Source of the DNA: Pecten maximus
Lineage: Eukaryota
Direction of reading: 5' to 3'
NCBI RefSeq assembly: GCF_902652985.1
Contig: NC_047017.1
Span: forward strand, 46,376,001-46,440,000
Length of the DNA stretch: 64,000 bases
The notes beneath the pieces were generated by a model. That model was given only the letters and a program-made list of their open reading frames with translations, searched no databases and had not been told where the DNA came from. This document shows positions 25,984 through 38,775 of the stretch, piece by piece (the first letter of the stretch is position 1; each line of letters opens with the position of its first letter). The position numbers were made by a program, and so were the translations under genes.

Positions 25984-27210
25984 GTGGTAGATAACATGTA
26001 TAATAAAAAGGTGTCGTGGTAGATTACATGTATAATAAAGAGGTAATGTGTCGTGGTAGATTACATGTATAATAAAAAGGTAATGTGTCGTGGTAGATTA
26101 CATGTATAATAAAGAGGTAATGTGTCGTGGTAGATTACATGTATAATAAAAAGGTAAAGTGTCGTGGTAGATTACATGTATAATAAAAAGGTAATGTGTC
26201 GTGGTAGATTACATGTATAATAAAAAGGTGTCGTGGTAGATTACATGTATAATAAAAAGGTAATGTGTCGTGGTAGATTACATGTATAATAAAAAGGTAA
26301 AGTGTCGTGATAGATTTCATGTATAATAAAGAGGTAATGTGTCGTGGTAGATTACATGTTTAATAAAAAGATAATGTGTCGTGGTAGATTACATGTATAA
26401 TAAAAAGGTGTCGTGGTAGATAACATGTATAATCCAAAGGTAAGGTATCGTGGTAGATTACATGTATAATAAAGAGGTAAAGTGTCGTGGTAGATAACAT
26501 GTATAATAAAAAGGTAATGTGTCGTGGTAGATTACATGTATGATAAAACGGTGTCGTGGTAGATTACATGTATAATGAAAAGGTGTCGTGGTAGATTACA
26601 TGTATAATAAAAAGGTAAAGTGTCGTGGTAGATTACATGTATAATAAAAAGGTAAAGTGTCGTGGTAGATTACATGTATAATAAAAAGGTGTCGTGGTAG
26701 ATTACATGTATAATAAAAAGGTAAAGTGTCGTGGTAGATTACATGTATAATAAAAAGGTAAAGTGTCGTGGTAGATTACATGTATAATAAAAAGGTAATG
26801 TGTCGTGGTAGATTACATGTATAATCAAAAGGTGTCGTGGTAGATTACATGTATAATAAAGAGGTAATGTGTCGTGGTAGATTACATGTATAATAAAAAG
26901 GTAAAGTGTCGTGGTAGATTACATGTATAATAAAAAGGTAAGTGTCGTGGTAGATTACATGTATAATAAAAAGGTAATGTGTCGTGGTAGATTACATGTA
27001 TAATCAAAAGGTGTCGTGGTAGATTACATGTATAATAAAGAGGTAATGTGTCGTGGTAGATTACATGTATAATAAAAAGGTAAAGTGTCGTGGTAGATTT
27101 CATGTATAATTAAAAGGTAATTTGTCGTGGTAGATTACATGTATAATAAAATGGTAAAGTGTCGTGGTAGATTACATGTATAATCAAAAGGCGATGTTTC
27201 GTGGTAGAAT
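25984..27210. repeat. Minisatellite with interspersed 37-bp and 32-bp units (~34 units)
   Basis: GTGTCGTGGTAGATTACATGTATAATAAAAAG with or without GTAAT/GTAAA. Confidence 0.97.
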
Positions 27211-27714
27211 GCAGGTGTTATACAGTGTCCGAAATGATAAGGTTTTTGAAGGAAAATAACAAACGATTGAAGAATAACTTCACTACTGTATTATTTTTAT
27301 GTTTATTCCATTGATTCGTCCATTATTATTTAGATAGCATAATTATAAAATTCTAGATCAAAATGTAAATGAGCCCGTCACTAGATGTAAAATGTGTATA
27401 TATATAATTAAACGCCATTTAAATATAACTCATAATTGGTTTAGATGTAAGATCAGATAAAGTTCAGACAATTGTGACTGCACAAATTGCTCATAACTAA
27501 ATCTTCAGTTTAAGTTGATACTCGATGTGTGCGACCCTGGAAACAATGATTGTTATGATTATAAGATTTGAAGATTCATGTTATTTATGAATAATAATAA
27601 CGAAGGTAAAACCTTATTTACATCAGTAATTGACGTATAACAAGTTTATAACGATACCTTTTGATTGGAGTTATTGTTTTTAATGTTTTACACATACAAA
27701 TACTGACATGAACT

Positions 27715-29500
27715 ATCTAATATAATCCGTAACTAGGATATCTAATATAATCCGTAACTAGGATATCTAATATAATCCGTAACTCGGATATCTGATATAA
27801 TCCGTAACTCTTATATATAATAAAATCCGTAACTCTGATATATAATATAATCCGTAACTCGCATATCTAATATAATCCGTAACTCGGATATCTAATATAA
27901 TCCGTAACTCTGATATATAATATAATCCGTAACTCGATTATCTAATATAATCCGTAACTCGCATATCTAATATAATCCGTAACTCGCATATCTAATATAA
28001 TCCGTAACTCTGATATATAATATAATCGTAACTCGCATATCTAATATAATCCGTAACTCGCATATCTAATATAATCCGTAACTCGCATATCTAATATAAT
28101 CCGTAACTCGCATATCTAATATAATCCGTAACTCGGATATCTAATATAATCCGTAACTCGATTATCTAATATAATCCGTAACTCGCATATATAATATAAT
28201 CCGTAACTCGCATATATAATATAATCCGTAACTCGCATATCTAATATAATCCGTAACTCGGATATCTAATATAATCCGTAACTCGGATATCTAATATAAT
28301 CCGCAACTCGATTATCTGATATAATCCGTAACTCGCATATCTAATATAATCCGTAACTCGATTAACTAATATAATCCGTAACTCGATAATCTGATATAAT
28401 TCGTAACTCGATTATCTAATATAATCCGTAACTCGATTATCTAATATAATCCGTAGCTCGGATATCTAATATAATCCGTAACTCGATTATCTTATATAAT
28501 CCGTAACTCGATTATCTGATATAATCCGTAACTCGCATATCTAATATAATCCGTAACTCGGATATCTAATATAATCCGTAACTCGATTATCTAATATAAT
28601 CCGTAGCTCGGATATCTAATATAATCCGTAACTCGATTATCTAATATAATCCGTAACTCGGATATCTAATATAATCCGTAACTCGGATATCTAATATAAT
28701 CCGCAACTCGATTATCTGATATAAACCGTAACTCGCATATCTAATATAATCCGTAACTCGGATATCTAATATAATCCGTAACTCGCATATCTAATATAGT
28801 CCGTAACTCGCATATCTAATATAATCCGTAACTTGCATATCTAATATAATCCGTAACTCGGATATCTAATATAATCCGTAACTCGCATATCTAATATAAT
28901 CCGTAACTCGCATATCTGATATCATCCGTAACTCGGATATCTAATATAATCCGTAGCTCGGATATCTAATATAATCCGTAACTCGATTATCTTATATAAT
29001 CCGTAACTCGGATATCTAATATAATCCGTAACTCGCATATCTAATATAAACCGTAACTCGGATATCTAATATAGTCCGTAACTTGGATATATAATATAAT
29101 CCGTAACTCGCATATCTAATATAATCCGTAACTCGCATATCTAATATAATCCGTAACTCGCATATCTAATATCATCCGTAACTCGATTATCTAATATAAT
29201 CCGTAACTCGGATATCTAATATAATCCGTAACTCGCATATCTAATATAATCCGTAACTCGCATATCTAATATCATCCGTAACTCGATTATCTAATATAAT
29301 CCGTAACTCGGATATCTAATATAATCCGTAACTTGGATATATAATATAATCCGTAACTCGCATATCTAATATAATCCGAAACGCTGATATATAATATAAT
29401 CCGTAGCTCAGATATCTAATATAATCCGTAACTCGGATATCTAATATATTCCGTAGCTCTGATATCTAATTTTATCCGTAACTCGGATTATGTTAGATAT
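27715..29500. repeat. 25-bp minisatellite (~70 units) ending in an inverted partial unit
   Basis: Unit ATCTAATATAATCCGTAACTCG(CAT/GAT/ATT). GGATTATGTTAGATAT at 29485-29500 is the reverse complement of the unit start, with one mismatch. Confidence 0.97.
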
Positions 29501-31049
29501 TTGCACAAGTCTCAAAAAGCTGAAATGTAAAAACATGTCGCGATGTTCATAAGGTTATAATGAGGATTCTTCGCAAGGTTGTTGGCTGATTTCTTTATTT
29601 CTTATACATGTACATGTGGTTCTGGCCTCATCTCTGATGTTCCGTGCTGATCCTCTCACTCGATTGATTGATTGATGGGCTTAACGCCCTTCTTCAACCT
29701 AGGACACGTCACTCAGACTTTTCTGTCACTCTTATCTCAAACATGTATACTTCCTCGAAGACACCCTTTCGAATCTTACCCTCGGAAAGCTTTCATCCTT
29801 TTGTTAAACTCACACGGGACTCATTCCTATCTTACTAATTAACTATAATGTCACACATATCCTTACACACATAATAACCAGCTTCCTGTACTCTATCAAA
29901 AACATGTCATATATATGTTATTAAAGCCACTAAAATGACTGCTTTTCATTTATCTGCGATCATACTTTAAATCTAATTGTATCATATAAACTACTCTAAA
30001 ATATCCTAACTAAGGATACATCATACATCATTCTAAACTTAATACATTGTATAACTAATTTAATTAAGCATTTAATATTGTATAAAAACACATCTGTTCT
30101 CTGACTGGTCACTTTCCCTCTCACAGACACTGACCTCACATTGACCAATACACATCTACTTATCTCTGACATTCGCATGCATCACTTGCTCTCTACATCA
30201 CTTGCTCTCTCTATATACTGCCAATGTGAATTTTAAGTAGTTGAAACAACCTTTGCCGGTAATATATAATGTAAAAGTAATAAGACGCATTGACAGTACA
30301 TTCGCGATAAACATTATTGTATATTTAAACATTTACTATTTCGCACTTGTCTCCGCCACTGATTGATGATTGATAAATAGCTATTTTAACATTTTTATAT
30401 ATACACTAATAAGTAAAGTGTTTCGAATTTATGCATACTCTACATTGAGAACGTAAAGATTTGGCCTTTATGAAAACAATGTGTCTTCGAAAATTCTGTA
30501 ACGACAGGTTTTGTTTTTAGTTTTTTTTTCGTTTCGTTTCGTTTTTTTGTTTTTTTTTATTTATTTATTTATTTTTTTTTGAAGCCCTACCGTTACTTAA
30601 AGGCATCACCTTTTGGAACCAATCCATAACATTTTCTATCAAAAGTGCTTCATATTTTGTAGACCAGTCCATGATATAAACACAATTGTTTTCCTTTGGT
30701 TTTGTAAATATTTGGGTCGTTGGCATAATTATGATATTGCTTAAAATTTGAAGTGTTTTAACATTTAACGTGACTAGAAAATTACTCGTCTCAGAGTTTA
30801 CTTATGAATGATTAATCTAGATTAGTTGATATATATGTCTATAAATCATGACCTGCTATTCGATTACCCATCAGTAATTCGGGGGAAAACGTACGACAAA
30901 AAATAAACAAAGAAAAAAACCAAATGTCCTTCTAACTCAAAATCGATAAAACATTTGAACAAAAAGAATAGAGACATTTGTAAAAGTATGCAAAGAGAAA
31001 ACAAATCCGTTGTTCCATAGGAAAATGAACGCGAAGCTTGTCGACCAGT

Positions 31050-34000
31050 TCAACACAAAATTTGGGCATTTGTACAATCGACTTCAACCCGCAGGAACAT
31101 TGTGTCGTCTTTCAAGTACGTTTGCGTTTCTAGTTTAGCATGACTAGCAAAGGTTGGCACGCCACACGCGACGTTCATTTCCGTTGTGGGTCTTTTAAAG
31201 CTGTTGCTGCTTGTGCTAGGCATGAAATGTTCGGCGATGTGTTGTCCGGTTCCATTTTGGTCTAATAGTTTTAAAGTAACTGGAAGCTGGAAAGGCCAAG
31301 GTAAAAGTGCATCAAAGTCGCCACGCATCACTACTATGAAGAATGAGAGATGGGTCCCCTTCCCGGACCCATCACCATTCAGGTATATCCTCCCGCAAAG
31401 TTTGTATCCGTATCTACTAGTGTAGAACGGTTGACTATACAAAGAAAGGGTTTTCCCGCTGATTGCATCACGTTTCCGTTTACTGTAACCTTGAAGTTTC
31501 CACATGAGGACACCATCATGGTTGATCGTTTCCTGCAGTTGAAGTCTCAGGTCTAACTCGCTGACTCGGATATCCAGCAGGCCAACTTGCTTCTCCACTT
31601 GCTGTATGACTTTAGGATTGCCACCTGATTAGAATATACACGAAAATCGGTATAAAGAGGTAAAATTTACATAGTAGTGGGATAAATAGTATCTAATAAC
31701 TGACCACAAGGTATTAATCAAGTGATCATTTCAATATCATTGTTATATAGGAATATAGGGTAACAAATGTAGTTTAGATATTTTAAGTAGATGTACTTTT
31801 TTAATGTACCAGCACAGATGTGCTTCATTTAATTGCCATCTAACGGAATTTACTACAAAAAACTTTTGTATCCAGCAATTCAGTAGTGCATGTTTAAATT
31901 TTGAGCGTGGATAGAAATAGATTTTACCTCGATGTACTAGTACATAGCAAAAATAAGAGTAAATATGATAACATACACCCTGCTGCTACTCCAGACCGTT
32001 CTATTTGCGTCATCTTTTTATTTGACTCCTGGACTGCATCCCGCATTACCGCGACTTCATGCTTGAGTTTGTCAACGGTCTCCACAGACGCTTTGTCCTC
32101 AAGCTTGCGTCCTGTTTGTATCACTCTCTCTCCACTGCTTGCCAGGACTTTCTGCAATGTCATTTGAATAACCAGTGAAAATTTTCGAAGCAATTAACGC
32201 CCTTTATACCAATAATATTTATTTATTCATATTTTTTTTGAAAGCGTTTGTGTATTTCAGGAAGATACATCATTACAGGGACTAGCATATTCTTTTGAAT
32301 ATATATGAATAAGATCCGGGTCAGTGTAAGGCCAAGTGCCTATATATTCTTATTCAAAGCCAAATGAACAATTTGCCGTATTGAAATAACCGGTTGTATT
32401 TACGCAAAATTTCAAAATTCAAACTATATATCATTACGTCACAGACCAAATATCATGCCCAATGGGATTTAGTCTGACACGACCAATGTGACATTAAAAG
32501 CGAATAATGTCATTTATTGGGGGAACCCGGAAGATATATCCAAGAAGGCAACTTGCCAAAATATCATGATTCTGATAATTGTGTTCTATCAGCTATTTAG
32601 ATGTTGTTTGAACTATGTGGACTTAGAAAAAGACAAGGACTTATTTTTGAATTTTGTGAGTGCAATCTATTCCAGATTATAATTGGTCAAATATCATAAT
32701 CCTGGTCATCTTAGTTATTCATGCCAGCATAATGCCGACACAAAATTGAAACAGTGACATGACTGGACAGTGAAATAAATTCATCAATTTGAAGAACGCT
32801 GGAATTTCCGTCATGGGATGAGCTCAACTCTTGTTTAACCTGCATGCTAGTACCACAGGCACACATATAAAATAAGTTGATTTTCAATTTATCTTTGCCG
32901 TTTATGTATGCATACCTCCTTGTCATCAATATCTAGAGTAACAATCCTTTTAAACTTCGATGTCACTGATACTTGAAATACATTAATGTACGAGTCTTCA
33001 AAATATTCAAAACACATTGTTGGCACCACCATTCACATTAGGCTACTTCATAATGTCCAAAGTGAGAAGCTGATGTCAGCATTCACATTAGGCTACTTCA
33101 TAATGTCCAAAGTGAGAAGCTGATGTCAGCAGTCGTGTTGGCTAGGAAGTGCTTCTCTGAAATGAAATTGAAACTTAGGGAGAATAACAATATCTAATAT
33201 ACCATCATTTCCTGAATGGACGTCTTGTTGGCTTTGGCCTCTTTTTGTAGTTTTTCGTTTTCTTCGATAAGTTGGGGGATCCTGGCATTCTCCAGTATAA
33301 CTTTATCCAATGTGACCTGAAATACATATATGTTAATATACAGACGTTTGTCACATTATATCAAATATCCTAGGATGTTCGTTTCAATTAAGTGATTTGA
33401 AAGATGCAGTCCTTAATGAATAAACATCATGTATCTCTTAAGGAGAACTTAATCCAGATAGGAATAATACTGTGTGTTTAACGTCCTATCAACAACTATG
33501 ATCATTTAAGGACGGTATACAGGATACAAAATATGTATGGTGAGGGTGTGTGTGGGTGTGAGAGTGTGTGTGTATGTGTGTGTTTTGAGAAGCTGCTACA
33601 CACTGTAAATTAGTGTTAATGTTTACTTTATAGTGATCCCCCACTTAAGCATACTGCCGAAGACACGAAGCAGTACTGGCGAACGGACTTACTAGTCACT
33701 CCACTCACAAAATGATGAGCGATAGGCAGGAGTAGAAATTAAAACAAGTACACCATGTTTGAACTCTGGTATGTCTCTATTAGACAACAGAATCCAAAGT
33801 TTTTCTCACAAGAGCGAAAGCTCAACTAAAGGGAAAAATAGACAGTATCAAGGGAGGCATTAGGGAGGAAAACGATTTCTAGAAAGATTAGAAAAGATAT
33901 AAAACTTATTCGTTTCATGTAATCAGGCGGCCGGTTCTAATTATTATGAGTCTATTTTTTCCGAGACTCTGACAAGTGTCATCAGTTAGATATGAAATGA

Positions 34001-37000
34001 AACGTGAAATATGAATTCAAGATTCTAGTGATCTCATCACAAAGATATGTTTGCCAACATTTATGTAAATGGTATTTTGTCAGATTAATAAGAAATCTAA
34101 AATGTGACATTTTCACTCACTGCCATTCCTTCCTTCCATAATTAGTGATTACATTGCAATGGGGGTATTGATGCATTCATCTAAGGTCTTCTCCATTTTG
34201 ATAATTTTGACATTTTTCCAGACAGATTTAAACAGAAATGTTTAATATATATTTTCATAATGTTTTGCCCTTAGCATAAATGACGACAAAACTGTCAAAA
34301 CTGACAAAAACTGTCGTAGATGTGCATATACCATTCGGTATACACTGATTCAACAAAAGCTAATAAATATATGAATTAACCAATCAATAAATATAGTAAA
34401 TTATTACTAGGTAATACATATCTCTATTTTACATTTCCATACTGTTCTGGATTTCAACAGTATGACTTTTAGTATGAAAAAGGCAGAAACAACTGTAGGA
34501 TACAGTTTTATAATCGGAATATATTCGGAAACAATTGTATGCATTGTAAATTAGTTGCGATTAATTTGTGTAACTATCGTCAATCATATGGCACAATGAG
34601 GAGCCGCATTTGAAAAAATAATATGAAAATAAATGTCCCAGCTTCAATGCGCAAGTACGATAATTTTATAACACGTGCTTATGCCAAAATGTCTGTGTGT
34701 AATGTGTGGTACATTATGTATTTTACTGTCCACAGAGAAGCTGTGGGATACAAAAAGGTAACATTGTCTCACCTTCATTTCTGTTATCATTGATTCGTGC
34801 TGCTCATTGGAGGTGATACTCTTATTTAATAACATGTCCATGTGTGCTACGATCCCCTCCTTCTTATGAGCTTCCATCTGTTCTACTGTACCCTGTAACG
34901 GTTGTCATAGAGATTAAGTTGTAAGTAGTGACTATTTATAATAACTAATTACGGAAAAGGTTGATTACGATTATCAACAAATATCAAATGAAACTAACGT
35001 TAATAGTTATTTGTATACATTTTACATGAAAATGTTGAAATTGCATAGTTGAATGTCTTACAGATATGTACCCGCAACTTAAACCACTTCATTGTACACA
35101 AACATCATATCATAATTACATGAAGCTCATCATTAAACAGTAAAAAGTACGACCAATGTCATTTTGATTATTTTCCACTACACTGACTACCGTCAATAGT
35201 AGTGATAGAATACTTATATGATTATACTATCCGTTGTGTCTCTCCTGTTTCTATGTCTGCCATTGTATTTGTTCTTTTTTTATAAAGTGTTTTTTTATTC
35301 AATCATAAAAGTAAATTCAAGAACAAACAATATCTATAATTGTACAAACTCATTCTTAAGAAAATACATTACATGCAGATGCATAAGATCCATACAAGAT
35401 TAACAATAAGCACCAGTCATCAACTGTCAAATTTTCATTTACGAATGTAATAAAACTAAAAAAAATTAAGTGCGGGTAAGGGTTATAGTTCTAGACATTT
35501 GCTTACCTCAAAAGTACAGCCATATTTGGATAATGGGCACACGATCTTTCTGAGTGGACACTCTAGCAAGTGCCTCTGAATCTGTACCAAAAGTAATTGT
35601 TTAACCTTGTCAATGACATTTTAAACTTTGTAAGATATTTCCTTCTCTATAACGTTATTTCTATCGTTAATTTACACAGTCATCATTGTTTCTGTGAAAA
35701 GATTTGAATGTTTTATCAAACACACTAGTATAATTGAATGCACTGTAACATATATGCCCTTAGCTTGCTCGGTACTTCAATAATGAAATCAATACAATTT
35801 GTACAAATAATAATTATCTTTCAAATAAATACTACACCGCAACAGCGTTTTAGAGATGATGCTATTCTACCTACCGTAGATTTGCTTTAGGTTCTACTTA
35901 CCGTAGATTTGCTTTAGGTTTTTTACCTTTATATGCGAGGCTTATCTTATTGAAGAAATCCTGTAATTTTGCCCATTTGTATGTAAAAAATTTAAATCTA
36001 AATCTTTCAATAACCAGGTTTAGTGACCGTATCTCTCGGTACTTACTTACACCGTTATTGGTTTGTTTTGTTTGTTTTTGGTTAACGTCCTATTTACAAC
36101 CAGGGTCATTTCAGGACTTGCCAGGTTTTGGAGGTGGAGGAAAGCCGGAGTACCCGGAGAAAAAAACCCGGCCTACGGTCAGTACCTGGCAACTACCCCA
36201 CGGAGATTTCGAAATTGAAACTCAGATGTGGAGGGCTAGTTGATAGTGTACTGTCGGGACACATGAACCACTCGGCGACCGTGGCCCCCTTACAGCGTAC
36301 CCAGCAAGGATAGCTTACAAGTAAACTGTAGACTACGCGTTTTTAATTTCCTAATTTGTTAACTTCTTTTTTTTTACTTCAAAGAGCATTTGAGGACTTC
36401 GAAGGTAAATTAAATAGGAACGATGGACTGATATATGAAGTTAAACGAGGACTCATTTATCTATATCGCTATTTCTGTGACGAATTCCGACAACTGACGC
36501 AGTAATTAACAAAGTATCTGAGAGGAGACGAAGGTTAATAAAGACCGTGAAAAATTGAAAGGAAAAGTCTACATAATGATCTCATTTGGAGATATGACGT
36601 CAGACGTGTCCGATGCTCGCTGTTGTTACTAGTCTGTTCGTTGTTACCATACTTGTTTTATAATTCTAAGGAGGTGAATAACCTAAGTTTGACTCGAAGA
36701 GCGGCCTTATGTTCCTTGTGCGTTAATAAGGGTTACTTTGGAAATCAATATTTTTGTCAGATTTGTTTATTTTATTTAGAATGATGGTTTCGTTATCATG
36801 TCAGTATGCTCTATTTTCCATCCACTACCATATCGAGTACCACCTCCTGTCTGTACTTACCTCCTCACGTAATATGCCCTGAACTCCGCATCCGTTAGGA
36901 CACCCCAAGGGAGAATGCTGGCATTCCGAATTCTTATGATGCTGTTTAATAGAAAATATGATAATAATACTCATCATTATACTGTTTCTTAAACTGAGAA

Positions 37001-38775
37001 TTTAGCAATGAGTTAAAGACGAAATATCAACAATATTGTTAATTTTGATTGATGCAGGGGGGAATTCTTACCTCTATGTTCTTGATGCTGATTCGTTCCC
37101 GACAGTATTCGCATGGTATTTCTCTATATTCACATGTGTTTGATGTGTGGTCCTCAAGCTCTGATAGACGTACTTGCTGGCTACATTTATCACAATGCCT
37201 TTCTTGATAGCTACAAATGGCTTCGTGTGTCTGCAACAATGATACACTGATTATATGCATGAATACCAGTTTCCTGTTAGGTACCTGAAACCTAGTTTAA
37301 AGGGTTTGCGATCATCGTGAAATGATATAATAGACCTTTGGTAAGATAACTACTAGTTCACCTGGATGTATCATCTATATATTATATCATAAATCATAAG
37401 GATATTATAAGAGTCAAAGTAATTTATACTTATAAGTATACGAGATATAATATATAAGTATCATCAGTATTTCAAATTATAAATGATAAACATATTGTGA
37501 AAGTCAAAGTGATTTTTACTGTGATATACTGCACCGGTGATACATTTCCACAGAAAGGCATATTACCACAGTGACTAAATCGAAAAACATCTAAATAACA
37601 ATAAATGAGAAAACAACAATATTACCGCCCAATTTCTTCCCGGTGTCACTGAATATTTTTACATTTTAAATACAAGATAAAAAGAGAAGCTCAAACTTTG
37701 ATAATTTGATGCATACTACCGTGAGGTGTGCAACTTATGGTATACAGTGGCCTGTTATTATTTTTAATTGATCCTGATTACTCTCAGTCGGGGATTATGC
37801 ACCTTCAAACAAATAATTGATACATCTACATGTATACCATTCAGCTGTTTCTGGAGTATACTCACCGCTAGACCTGACCAGGGTAGCTTTTCTTCGCAGC
37901 CTAGATCCTTGTTGGGACAATATACCGCAAGATTCGATATCTCACGCCTTTTGCATGCATCTGGAAATACCTTAAACAGATGTTATATAAACTATCATCG
38001 AATTGTTGTTAAGGACAACATTGTTTTTTATAATCGTAATACCACATTGACAGTCATCAGATACGTAAAACAGCATTACTTAACATTCGACAGGCATTCT
38101 GCTTATCATATAATCATATGATACTTTAATATATAAGAAGTAGGTAGATGGCGAAGAAAACATTGCGAAAACTACACACAACATGTACCTTAACATGTAT
38201 TGACCAAACAAACGTCATACACATTAACAAGTATTGACTTAGCAAACAGCATATACCTTAACATGTATTGATCCAACAAACGACTTACACATTAATATGT
38301 ATTGACCCTACAAACGACATACACATTAACATGTATTGACCCAACAAATAGCATACACCTTAACAAGTATTGACTTAGCAAACAACATATGCCCTAACAT
38401 GTATTGTGTACAGTAACAGTGTACTGTGAGGTACATAATAATTAGTTTAACAATCGCATGTAGCAGAACGTAAGAAATATCCCATATAGAAATGAGACTA
38501 CTTACATCCTCCTTGGAAAATATCTCCCCACAGTCTTGCTCAAGACATTTGCCTGTGTCATTCTGTTCGAAGATGAACTTGATATCGTCCTGACAAATAT
38601 GATGGCCGCATCGCAGCTGGAAAGCGTTTACTAATACTGACTGACAAATTGAACATTTATTGTCCTCACTCGGGTCTGATATGAACTGCGGTTTTCCGAC
38701 AGGGTTCATGAGTGGCGATTTAAATGTTGGCGAGATAGATGCCAGCTCATCTTCACCATCAGTTTCTAGTGACAT
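31050..38775 (-). CDS. TRAF3: TNF receptor-associated factor, TRAF3-like (RING, TRAF zinc fingers, coiled coil, MATH), 557 aa
   Basis: Join 38775-38506, 37970-37866, 37230-37072, 36941-36861, 35581-35507, 34892-34773, 33316-33203, 32151-31977, 31624-31050 gives 1674 nt, all GT-AG and in phase. The MATH exon KRKRDAISGKTLSLYSQPFYTSRYGYKLCGRIYLNGDGSGKGTHLSFFIVVMRGDFDALLPWPF is closest to the TRAF3 pattern. Exact orthology within the TRAF2/3/5 group needs a tree. Confidence 0.9.
33031..33130. repeat. Exact 50-bp tandem duplication in a TRAF intron
   Basis: ATTCACATTAGGCTACTTCATAATGTCCAAAGTGAGAAGCTGATGTCAGC occurs twice. Confidence 0.95.
33470..33960 (-). mobile_element. Degenerate SINE-like element
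   Basis: Its tail (TTTAACGTCCTATCAACA...TCATTTAAGGAC) resembles that of the 36061 SINE. It has an internal (GT)n tract and a decayed head. Confidence 0.55.
36061..36288 (-). mobile_element. tRNA-derived SINE with a V-domain-like core
   Basis: On the minus strand: GGGGCCACGGTCGCCGAGTGGTT (box A), a degenerate box B, core TTTCTCCGGGTACTCCGGCTTTCCTCCACC and tail AAATGACCCTGG...AGGACGTTAACC(AAAC)n. Confidence 0.88.
38180..38408. repeat. ~36-37-bp degenerate tandem repeat (~6 units)
   Basis: Recurring CATATACCTTAACATGTATTGACCCAACAAA-like unit. Confidence 0.8.

Noticed and set aside
26135-27103. ORFs with YYTCNLPRH repeats
   Set aside because: Translations of the minisatellite.
25984-29500. Regular short-repeat arrays as CRISPR
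   Set aside because: Units are head-to-tail with no unique spacers, there are no cas genes, and the context is eukaryotic.
36200-36288. Possible tRNA gene
   Set aside because: Box B and the cloverleaf are degenerate and it is followed by a SINE core and tail, so it is a SINE head.
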